Shown here: positions 52,762-60,181 of the stretch, in pieces
Layout of the letters: each line of letters starts with the position of its first letter
How positions within the stretch are numbered: the first letter of the stretch is position 1
DNA from: Bacteroidales bacterium
GTDB taxonomy: Bacteria; Bacteroidota; Bacteroidia; Bacteroidales; UBA3824
Assembly: GCA_016286055.1 (NCBI GenBank)
Contig: JAEERW010000009.1
Span: forward strand, 28,592-92,591
DNA: 64,000 bases
Direction of reading: 5' to 3'
Position numbers and translations under genes: made by a program
Notes under the pieces: model-generated
Databases searched by the model: none
What the model saw: the letters and a program-made list of their open reading frames with translations, nothing else
Told to the model about the DNA's origin: nothing

Positions 52762-54993
52762 ATGAAAAAGCTACACCTATTAATGCTATCAGCATTGGTG
52801 TTTGCCGCCACAGCGGGGCAGGCACAAAACAACACAGTAGACCTTTCTACGGTTAACACATCATTCGAAGTTAAAGACGGGCAAATACTCACCGGCACAC
52901 TCGGCATCAACTGCAAAATCGAAATCGCCGACGGTGCCTCCATCACCCTCAATAACGCTATTATCAATGGAAGTGAAGAATTAAACCAGAGCTTAGAGTA
53001 TGCCGGACTCACATGCTTAGGTAACGCCACCATCATCTTGGAAGGCGAAAACACTGTTAAGGGATTTTACGAAAGTGCCGGCATCTTTGTGCCCAAGGGT
53101 GCCACATTAAAGATTCAAGGCTCTGGCAAACTTAATGCTTACGGCAAGACAAATGCTTGCGGCATAGGCGGTGCATTCAACAAAGCCAGCGGCAACATTC
53201 TTATCGAAGGCGGCATTATCAATGCCACAGGTGGAAATTATGCACCAGGTATAGGCGGTGGCAAAAACCTAACAAGCGGCAACATCACCATCAAGGGAGG
53301 CACTGTAACCGCCACAGGTGGCAATAATGCTCCAGGCATAGGCAGCGGAGAAGGCAACAAAGGCGGCAACATCACCATTACTAACACCGTTACTTCTGTA
53401 ACTGCCACCAAAGGCGAATATGCTCCATATTGCATTGGTGTAGCTGGCAGCAAATCTAGCTCTTGCGGCACTATCACACTTGGCGATTTTACCACCGACG
53501 AAAGTATCGAAGGTGAATCTGTAACATTCACTCCGTCATTAAAATCATACAATGTAGCATTTGAAGCCAATGGCGGCTCAGGCGAAATGGCAAGTGTAAC
53601 TCTATTGCCCGGATTCGCAACACACATGCCGCAAAATGCATTTACTCGTTCGGGTTATAAATTTATCGGTTGGAACACCGAAAAAGACGGCTCAGGCACT
53701 TCATACGCCAATGCCGAATTTGTTACCGACATCAGCACACCCGGTAGCACATTAACATTGTATGCTCAATGGTATCAAGGCGATGCTATAGATTTATCTA
53801 CATTAACCGGCAATTACGAAGCTAAAAACAACGATATTCTCACCGGCAAACTCAATGGCAACTACAAAATCACCATTAAAGACGGTGCCACAGTAACACT
53901 CCACGGTGTTACAATTGAAGGAGAAAACGATGACAACTACGCATGGGCAGGCATTACTTGCTTAGGCGATGCCACTATCAATTTAGTAGCTAAAAACATT
54001 GTAAAAGGTTTCGATTCTGAATATCCGGGCATCTTTGTACCTGAAGACAAAACTGTAACCATCAAAGGCACAGGTGCGCTCGATGCAAGCAGCAACGGAG
54101 TAGCTGCCGGCATAGGTGCAGGATGGAGTAAAATACCTTGCGGCAATATCGTCATCGAAAGTGGCACTATCAAAGCTACCGGCGGAAATGGTGCAGCAGG
54201 TATTGGCGGAGGACGTTATAGTTCGTGCGGCGACATCACCATCAAAGGTGGTCAAATTACCGCTATGGGCAAAACTATGGTAGATGTAAGCGGAAGCAAA
54301 GCTGCCGGAATAGGCAAAGGTCAAGATGCTACTTGTTCTAAAGTAACACTCGGCTATACCAAAGCATCCGACTATATTATTGCCAACGGCTATATCGCCG
54401 ACAAAATAGCTATTGACGAAGGCAAGACATTCATTGTAGAAGGCAACTCTACACAAACCTACACCAGCGCCAGCACTATCAACTGGGAAACATTAAACGG
54501 CAAAAAACTCGTTCCCACTCCCTCGGCATACTACACCATCACAGTATCCGACGCGCAGAACGGCACTGTAAAAGCATCACCCTTGAAAGCATTCAACGGC
54601 GAAACTATTACACTCACCACTTATCCCGCCACCGGCTACAAGCTCAGCAAGTATATCGTAAAAGACAATAGCGGCAACGACGTAACCGTAACCGACAACA
54701 AGTTTACCATGCCCGAAAGCAACGTAACAGTAGCAGCCGAATTTGAAGTAGACCCCGGCACACCCGTTAGCAGCACACCTAAAGCTACCGCCAACATCAA
54801 AGTATGGTCGTTTGGCAATATAGTAATCATCGAAGCCGCACCCGACACCAAATACAGCATCATCGACCTCCAAGGACGATTGATAAAATCAGCAACAACA
54901 AAATCTACCCACGAAGAAATCCTAATATCCAAAACAGGCATCTATTTGGTACTTATAGGTGGCAAAACATTCAAAGTATCAGTTGGCAAATAA
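52762..54993 (+). CDS. secreted T9SS cargo protein with two duplicated beta-helix-like modules, a Listeria-Bacteroides (InlB B-type) repeat and a C-terminal sorting domain
   Basis: The signal peptide is MKKLHLLMLSALVFAATAGQAQ. GG(N/S)xAPGIGGG-type turns repeat through the body. YNVAFEANGGSG...GYKFIGWNTEKDGSGTSY...LYAQW matches the Listeria-Bacteroides repeat. The C-terminal ~75 aa (IKVWSF...YSIIDLQGRLI...GIYLVLIGGKTFKV) resemble a T9SS CTD. Confidence 0.8.
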   Translation: MKKLHLLMLSALVFAATAGQAQNNTVDLSTVNTSFEVKDGQILTGTLGINCKIEIADGASITLNNAIINGSEELNQSLEYAGLTCLGNATIILEGENTVKGFYESAGIFVPKGATLKIQGSGKLNAYGKTNACGIGGAFNKASGNILIEGGIINATGGNYAPGIGGGKNLTSGNITIKGGTVTATGGNNAPGIGSGEGNKGGNITITNTVTSVTATKGEYAPYCIGVAGSKSSSCGTITLGDFTTDESIEGESVTFTPSLKSYNVAFEANGGSGEMASVTLLPGFATHMPQNAFTRSGYKFIGWNTEKDGSGTSYANAEFVTDISTPGSTLTLYAQWYQGDAIDLSTLTGNYEAKNNDILTGKLNGNYKITIKDGATVTLHGVTIEGENDDNYAWAGITCLGDATINLVAKNIVKGFDSEYPGIFVPEDKTVTIKGTGALDASSNGVAAGIGAGWSKIPCGNIVIESGTIKATGGNGAAGIGGGRYSSCGDITIKGGQITAMGKTMVDVSGSKAAGIGKGQDATCSKVTLGYTKASDYIIANGYIADKIAIDEGKTFIVEGNSTQTYTSASTINWETLNGKKLVPTPSAYYTITVSDAQNGTVKASPLKAFNGETITLTTYPATGYKLSKYIVKDNSGNDVTVTDNKFTMPESNVTVAAEFEVDPGTPVSSTPKATANIKVWSFGNIVIIEAAPDTKYSIIDLQGRLIKSATTKSTHEEILISKTGIYLVLIGGKTFKVSVGK

Positions 54994-55020
54994 CCATCCA
55001 ACCCCCAACACACAAAAAAA

Positions 55021-55047
55021 GCGGAAGAACCCTCTTCCGCTTTTTTT
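55021..55047 (+). terminator. rho-independent terminator after the 743-aa gene
   Basis: The perfect stem GCGGAAGA / TCTTCCGC has a 4-nt loop and is followed by T7. Confidence 0.8.
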
Positions 55048-55052
55048 ATCCC

Positions 55053-55159
55053 ATCAATCATCAATTTTCAATTTTGAATTATGAATTATGAATTATGAAT
55101 TTTGAATTATGAATTTTGAATTATGAATTTTGAATTATGAATTATGAATTATTAATATT
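55053..55159 (+). repeat. heptanucleotide tandem array 3: (ATGAATT/TTGAATT/TCAATT) x ~15
   Basis: The period was read directly as 7 nt. The array begins 6 nt after the terminator T-run and ends ~20 nt before the nusB -7 box. Confidence 0.9.
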
Positions 55160-55178
55160 GCATTAACATTTCTTTTCA

Positions 55179-55186
55179 TATCTTTG
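55179..55186 (+). promoter_or_regulatory. -7 promoter box TATCTTTG for nusB
   Basis: An exact TAnnTTTG lies 45 nt upstream of the ATG at 55231. Confidence 0.5.
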
Positions 55187-55230
55187 CGGTCGGAAAACAG
55201 ACGATAAAAATTATATAGTTCTTTAAAAAA

Positions 55231-56190
55231 ATGATAAGCAGGCGAATACTTAGGATAAAGGTGCTTCAAACCATCTATTCCTACTATCAAAACGACGACG
55301 GCGACATCGCCAAATACGAAAAAGAGTTAGACTTCAGCATCAGCCGGTCATATAGTCTATACTTTTTTTTGATGCAGTTAGCGTTAGACGTATGCGATTA
55401 CGCACAAAACCGAATCGAGAGCAACAGGCAAAAACACCTCGCCACCCAGAGCGACCTCAACCCAAACCTCAAGTTTGTAAACAACAAGCTCATCGCCCAG
55501 TTGAGAGAAAACAAAGACCTGCAAACACATATCGCTTCCTCAAAACTATCGTGGAACAAGCATCCCGAACTAATCAAACGCCTTTTCAAAGATCTTACCG
55601 AAAGTGAGGAATATGCCGCCTATATGGAATCCGACACCTCAACGTATGAAAGCGACAAGAAGATTATTATTTTCTTTTTCTCGCAGATTGTGTGCGAGTG
55701 CGACCTCCTTTACCAAACACTCGAAGAGATGAGCATATACTGGACCGACACCGCAGAATTTATTATCGGCATGGTAATCCGCACTATTGAACGTTACCGC
55801 ATAGGATACGGCAGCGACTACGCTCTAATGACTATGTACAAAAACGAAGAAGACAGCAAATTTGCACGCAAACTGCTCGACTCGGCTGTGGCATCGGGCG
55901 ACGAATACCGCAAATTAATCAACGAATGCACCACAAACTGGGATATCGAACGTATTGCTTTCTTTGATATACTAATTCTCCAGACAGCAGTGGCAGAAAT
56001 TGAGCAATTCCCCGAAATACCGTTAAAAGTTACATTCAACGAGTATATCGAACTTGCCAAAAACTACTCCACATCTCGCAGCTGCACCTTTATCAACGGC
56101 GTGCTCGACAAAATCACACAAGTGCTCCGGCAGCAAAAACGAATAATGAAAGTGGCTGAAACTAATTCACAATTGAAAATTGAAAATTAA
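55231..56190 (+). CDS. nusB: transcription antitermination factor NusB (long Bacteroidetes form)
   Basis: The N-terminus RRILRIKVLQTIYSY and the C-terminal NusB core (ERIAFFDILILQTAVAEI...FNEYIELAKNYST..SCTFINGVLDKI) are present. The conserved nusB-DUF1573-yajC gene order also supports the call. Confidence 0.8.
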   Translation: MISRRILRIKVLQTIYSYYQNDDGDIAKYEKELDFSISRSYSLYFFLMQLALDVCDYAQNRIESNRQKHLATQSDLNPNLKFVNNKLIAQLRENKDLQTHIASSKLSWNKHPELIKRLFKDLTESEEYAAYMESDTSTYESDKKIIIFFFSQIVCECDLLYQTLEEMSIYWTDTAEFIIGMVIRTIERYRIGYGSDYALMTMYKNEEDSKFARKLLDSAVASGDEYRKLINECTTNWDIERIAFFDILILQTAVAEIEQFPEIPLKVTFNEYIELAKNYSTSRSCTFINGVLDKITQVLRQQKRIMKVAETNSQLKIEN

Positions 56191-56205
56191 CAATTCACGA
56201 TTGAT
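56164..56205 (-). repeat. heptanucleotide tandem array 4 (AATTCAC/AATTGAA/AATTAAC, 6 units)
   Basis: The period is 7 nt and the orientation matches array 1. The array overlaps the last 9 codons and the stop codon of nusB. Confidence 0.8.
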
Positions 56206-56219
56206 AAAAAATAACTAAT

Positions 56220-56648
56220 ATGAAACACCTTATATATATAGCCGCAATAGCGCTGATGGTGGCAGCCTGCCAAAGCGCACCCTCAAACAGCCAGCAAAGC
56301 ACCGACACCGCCGCAGCTGACTCAACAAAAAAAGGAAACTTCTTGTTCGACACCACAGTGTATAACTTCGGCACCATACTCGAAGGCGAGCAAATTAGTA
56401 CTGAATTCAAATACACAAACACTGGCAAGGCCGACATCATAATTTCCAAAATAGAAACATCGTGCGGATGCACCGTGCCAGAATACGACAAAGAACCAGT
56501 AAAACCTGGCAACAGAGGTTCAATAAGGGTACGATTCGACAGCAATGGTAAATCAGGCACACAGTACAAAACCATCAGAATTTTTTCCAACAGCGAAAAC
56601 GACATCTTTGAGCTTGTAATTACAGGCGAAGTAAAAAGCGAATTATAA
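56220..56648 (+). CDS. DUF1573 domain lipoprotein
   Basis: The lipoprotein signal is ...MVAACQ. FDTTVYNFGTILEGEQISTEFKYTNTGKADIIISKIETSCGCTVPEY is the characteristic DUF1573 pattern. Confidence 0.8.
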   Translation: MKHLIYIAAIALMVAACQSAPSNSQQSTDTAAADSTKKGNFLFDTTVYNFGTILEGEQISTEFKYTNTGKADIIISKIETSCGCTVPEYDKEPVKPGNRGSIRVRFDSNGKSGTQYKTIRIFSNSENDIFELVITGEVKSEL

Positions 56649-56670
56649 ACACTAATAATATAAAATAATA

Positions 56671-57003
56671 ATGAACACATTAACAATACTTACAGCCTCA
56701 GCCGGCGCAGGCGCAGGCGAAGCACCCCAAGGCATGAACTTCTCATTCATAATCATGATAGTGGCAATGATTGCCGTATTCTATTTCTTTATGATACGTC
56801 CCCAGCAAAAACGCCAGAAAGAACTCCAGCAGTTTCGCGACGAGCTCAAGAAAGGCGACCGCATTGTAACCATCGGCGGAATACACGGCGTTGTTAAATC
56901 GATGAACGAAACTACAATAATCGTTTCGATATCCGAAGGCGTTGACGTATGTTTCGAAAAATCGGCAATTATCAAAGACAATTCCGACATGCAGCAGCAG
57001 TAG
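56671..57003 (+). CDS. yajC: preprotein translocase subunit YajC
   Basis: FFMIRPQQKRQKE...KKGDRIVTIGGIHGVV is the YajC signature, and the protein is ~110 aa. Confidence 0.9.
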   Translation: MNTLTILTASAGAGAGEAPQGMNFSFIIMIVAMIAVFYFFMIRPQQKRQKELQQFRDELKKGDRIVTIGGIHGVVKSMNETTIIVSISEGVDVCFEKSAIIKDNSDMQQQ

Positions 57004-57031
57004 ATAATGCCCAATGCACAATAATTTTTTT

Positions 57032-57067
57032 GTAGGGACGCGGCGTGCCACGTCCCTACATTGTTTT
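57032..57067 (+). terminator. GC-rich hairpin/terminator after yajC
   Basis: The stem GTAGGGACG / CGTCCCTAC has a 10-nt GC-rich loop and is followed by ATTGTTTT. Confidence 0.6.
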
Positions 57068-57110
57068 ATAATGACGCGGCGTGCCACGTCCCTACATTGT
57101 TTTTTAGGGA
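57037..57110 (+). repeat. tandem duplication (36-nt period) of the right part of the yajC hairpin
   Basis: GACGCGGCGTGCCACGTCCCTACATTGTTTT occurs at 57037..57067 and again, identically, at 57073..57103. The second copy can pair TCCCTA (57089-94) with TAGGGA (57105-10). Confidence 0.85.
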
Positions 57111-57232
57111 TAATTATGAATTAACAATTAACAATTATGAATTCTGAATTATGAATTATGAATTCTGAATTATGAATTGCGAATTATGAATTACAATTAG
57201 TACTATGAATTATAAATTTTGCATTACGCATT
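57109..57232 (+). repeat. heptanucleotide tandem array 5: (ATGAATT/CTGAATT/GCGAATT/AACAATT...) x ~17, degenerate at the 3' end
   Basis: The period was read directly as 7 nt, with one interruption near 57193-57204. Confidence 0.85.
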
Positions 57233-57337
57233 GTATAATGGTCTTAATCAAAACTTTGCGAATGTTTAACGCCCTTTGTTTGGTCAGGTGACAAAAACAC
57301 CGTTACTTTGCACCCGCTTAACAAAACAAACCATACA

Positions 57338-57967
57338 ATGAATAACCTATTAAAAACAGGCGCGGTGATCGCAGTCCTGACATTTGCAAACCCGGGCAAT
57401 CCATTGCTTTCAGAACAATCAGAAAACCTTGATATTCGTCCGGCATCAAGCGATACTTTTAACCTCGACCTCGCGCTCGAACAAAGTTGGAGGTCAAACT
57501 ATGAAGAAGTTATTGACTTTATAAAACAACACGAGGGCTTTGCCAACGGCCGCCCATACCGATGTTCAGCAGGGAAACTCACCATCGGCTACGGACACAT
57601 AATTCAAAAAGGCGAGCATTTCCCCCACCAAATTTCTCGCGAAACAGCCGACAGCCTACTTCGCCGCGATTTTAACCGCGCAATACGCACAGCCGAAAAA
57701 CTCACTAACCTTAAAGGAAGCCGCAAATTGGCTGTAGCACACTTCATTTTCAGCAAAGGCTGTGGAGCTTTCAACAAAAGCACTCTCAGAAAAGAAATCC
57801 TTCTTAACGGTGACACCGACCGCGAGTTTATGCGCTGGTGCTACTACACCAAACCCGGCACCAAACAAAAAGTTAAAAGCAAAGTTGCAGAACGCATATC
57901 CCGATGGGAATGCAACATGTGGCACAAAGACGACAACCTCTACTCATGGCAGCGGTTCTTCAATTAA
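57338..57967 (+). CDS. GH24 (phage T4-type) lysozyme with N-terminal signal/anchor
   Basis: IDFIKQHEGFANGRPYRCSAGKLTIGYGH matches the GH24 catalytic Glu region. The start is set at the ATG at 57338 (MNNLLKTGAVIAVLTFA). Confidence 0.75.
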   Translation: MNNLLKTGAVIAVLTFANPGNPLLSEQSENLDIRPASSDTFNLDLALEQSWRSNYEEVIDFIKQHEGFANGRPYRCSAGKLTIGYGHIIQKGEHFPHQISRETADSLLRRDFNRAIRTAEKLTNLKGSRKLAVAHFIFSKGCGAFNKSTLRKEILLNGDTDREFMRWCYYTKPGTKQKVKSKVAERISRWECNMWHKDDNLYSWQRFFN

Positions 57968-59940
57968 TTCAGTTTCTCTGCTGAAACAACCACATCACCA
58001 TCTTGAATACCGTGAAGGTTGTCGATACCCTCAACCACCGATGCAAATACGGTCATCCTGCCATCACCTGCGGCGTCGGGTGTAAGCGAAACAAACCACT
58101 TGTTTGAAAACACATTCATATCAGTGTTTGGAACAAGGGCTACACTTCCCTCGGTAACACTGCCGAAATAAGGCTCGCAAGGAATCACCACCTCTCGTGT
58201 CTGCTCATATTCCGAAATGCTTCCATCATCGGCAACAGTGTCGGGCGAACGGAAATAGAGAGTGGTTTGGTTAAAATATCCCGCCTCCACAAGCTTGAGA
58301 AAATACTGCACTGCCACAGGAGCTTCGTTTACCTTAAGTTGCAGCACAATGTCGCCCCTGGTGGTGGTGATACGCACTTTCTGGTCGGGCATGATACGAG
58401 AAATATATTCCCAGTCGGGCATCACAGCCGTTGACTGACCCTTGTATTCAATTTCCTGACCGTTGATAACCTTTATTGCCGCCGAAATCATACGGTAATA
58501 CTTTTCGTCTTCGGGTAGATTGCACTTATTGAGCGCCTGATTGAGATAATAGGTGTTACCCACAAAGAGCTGAAGCTTATCATAGTTGTCGGCTATTGCT
58601 TTTGCGGCAAGGGCAGCTTGGTCGGGCGTACCCCTTACCACTGTTTTGCGGAATATCTCATAAAACTCTTTATAAAGCGACGCATTGCCCTCTTTTACGG
58701 CTTTGCGGCTTGCGGCATCAAATCCGGGCTGACTAAACATATAAATCAACGCCTTGAGCGCCGACATGCGGGTTATCCTATTTTCTGAATACAATATTTG
58801 GTACTCCACAAACCTAAATCCCTGAATACTTGAACCCAACGCCAAAGTGAGTGCTTCACGCTCACAAATATTATTGGTTACCCCGATACCCTCCACAATA
58901 GCATCGGTAAGAGCTTTGATATCACGAGAATACTTAAGCACAGCACCCCTCATCACTGCACGAGATTTCCAATTGGGCACTTTGTCGGCCATTTCGCGAT
59001 AAAGAAGCGTGTCGGCCTTTATGCCCTTTGCAAGGATAAACTCGGCAGCCTTGGATGCTATACGTCCATCGGTGCTGTAGGCAAGGCTCACCATCTCATC
59101 CTTAAAGTTAGAATACTTAAAACTATTGCAAGACTCTATTGCAGCTATCCGCACACGATAGTCGCAAGTATCTTGTGTGATAATACGTTGCAATAGATAC
59201 TGAGCGCGTTCGTTAGTGCAGTTGCGCAGAGCGCGGGCAATGTTGGTCTGCACCGAAACCAAGTCGGCATTTTTGTATGCGGTTGCCAACATATCGGTAT
59301 AAGGGGTTAGATCATCGTTATACAAAGCAAAAAACTGAGCAGCCACGCTCTTGATATGCCCGTCGGCTTTGCGGTCGGCAATAATCTCGGCAGCCTTAGC
59401 GAGCGCCTGTGGACGCTGCATACCCGACTGCTGAAACATACACAGCGATTTTACCTGTGCCAAAGCCATTTGAGGTTGAGCCGGAAGGAACGAAAAAGAG
59501 CATACGTAGTTCAATTCGTTTTCACCGCCACACAATCCGAGCGCAACAAGGGCAGCCTGGCGCACCTCTTCATTATTGTCAGATGTAACAAGTGTTCTCA
59601 GCTTATCGTTGGCGGCGCTGTGCCCAATTTGTCCTAATGCATTAACGGCAGCAAGTCTCACACCCGAATCTTCGTCGCCAAGAAGCGACATCACACTCAT
59701 CAAATTGAGGCTGTCGCGCATAGCGCCAATGGTATACGCCGCAGCCTTGCGGTATTCGGGAAGTTCTGAACTTATATATTTAACCAAGTCAGACGAGCCA
59801 CCTGTAAAACGGCAATTATATATGCGCTGAAGTGTGGCGTCGCGATAAATGTTGGCACCGCCTACCGACTCTTCTGGTCCGTTGCCGCACGCTACCACCA
59901 ACATCGTAAAAGCCACTATACAGAATATCAGCCTTTTCAT
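57964..59940 (-). CDS. HEAT-repeat protein fused to a cyclophilin-type peptidyl-prolyl isomerase domain
   Basis: The lipoprotein-like signal is ...LVVACGN. HEAT-like repeats (GDEDSGVRLAAVNALGQIG) follow. The C-terminal ~170 aa (ITTTRGDIVLQL...APVAVQYFLKLVEAGYF....MTVFASVVEGIDNL) are cyclophilin-like. Confidence 0.7.
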   Translation of the reverse strand: MKRLIFCIVAFTMLVVACGNGPEESVGGANIYRDATLQRIYNCRFTGGSSDLVKYISSELPEYRKAAAYTIGAMRDSLNLMSVMSLLGDEDSGVRLAAVNALGQIGHSAANDKLRTLVTSDNNEEVRQAALVALGLCGGENELNYVCSFSFLPAQPQMALAQVKSLCMFQQSGMQRPQALAKAAEIIADRKADGHIKSVAAQFFALYNDDLTPYTDMLATAYKNADLVSVQTNIARALRNCTNERAQYLLQRIITQDTCDYRVRIAAIESCNSFKYSNFKDEMVSLAYSTDGRIASKAAEFILAKGIKADTLLYREMADKVPNWKSRAVMRGAVLKYSRDIKALTDAIVEGIGVTNNICEREALTLALGSSIQGFRFVEYQILYSENRITRMSALKALIYMFSQPGFDAASRKAVKEGNASLYKEFYEIFRKTVVRGTPDQAALAAKAIADNYDKLQLFVGNTYYLNQALNKCNLPEDEKYYRMISAAIKVINGQEIEYKGQSTAVMPDWEYISRIMPDQKVRITTTRGDIVLQLKVNEAPVAVQYFLKLVEAGYFNQTTLYFRSPDTVADDGSISEYEQTREVVIPCEPYFGSVTEGSVALVPNTDMNVFSNKWFVSLTPDAAGDGRMTVFASVVEGIDNLHGIQDGDVVVSAEKLN

Positions 59941-60181
59941 GATCTTCGAGTAAATGTCTTATTTTTTTCCTGTTTAATATTATAATAATATGTTTTGTAT
60001 CTGAATAACAAAGAACGTTCCAAAGATTGAGCTCAGAACGCAATCTGCCCAATACTGCAAAAAAAAACATTTGTGGATAGATGTAAACAAATTGTAAATT
60101 TTTATTTTTTTTTAGAATACTTGATACACGTAATAATTTTTTTTGTATATTTGGTTGTGAAAAAATAGTTAATCGGCACGT

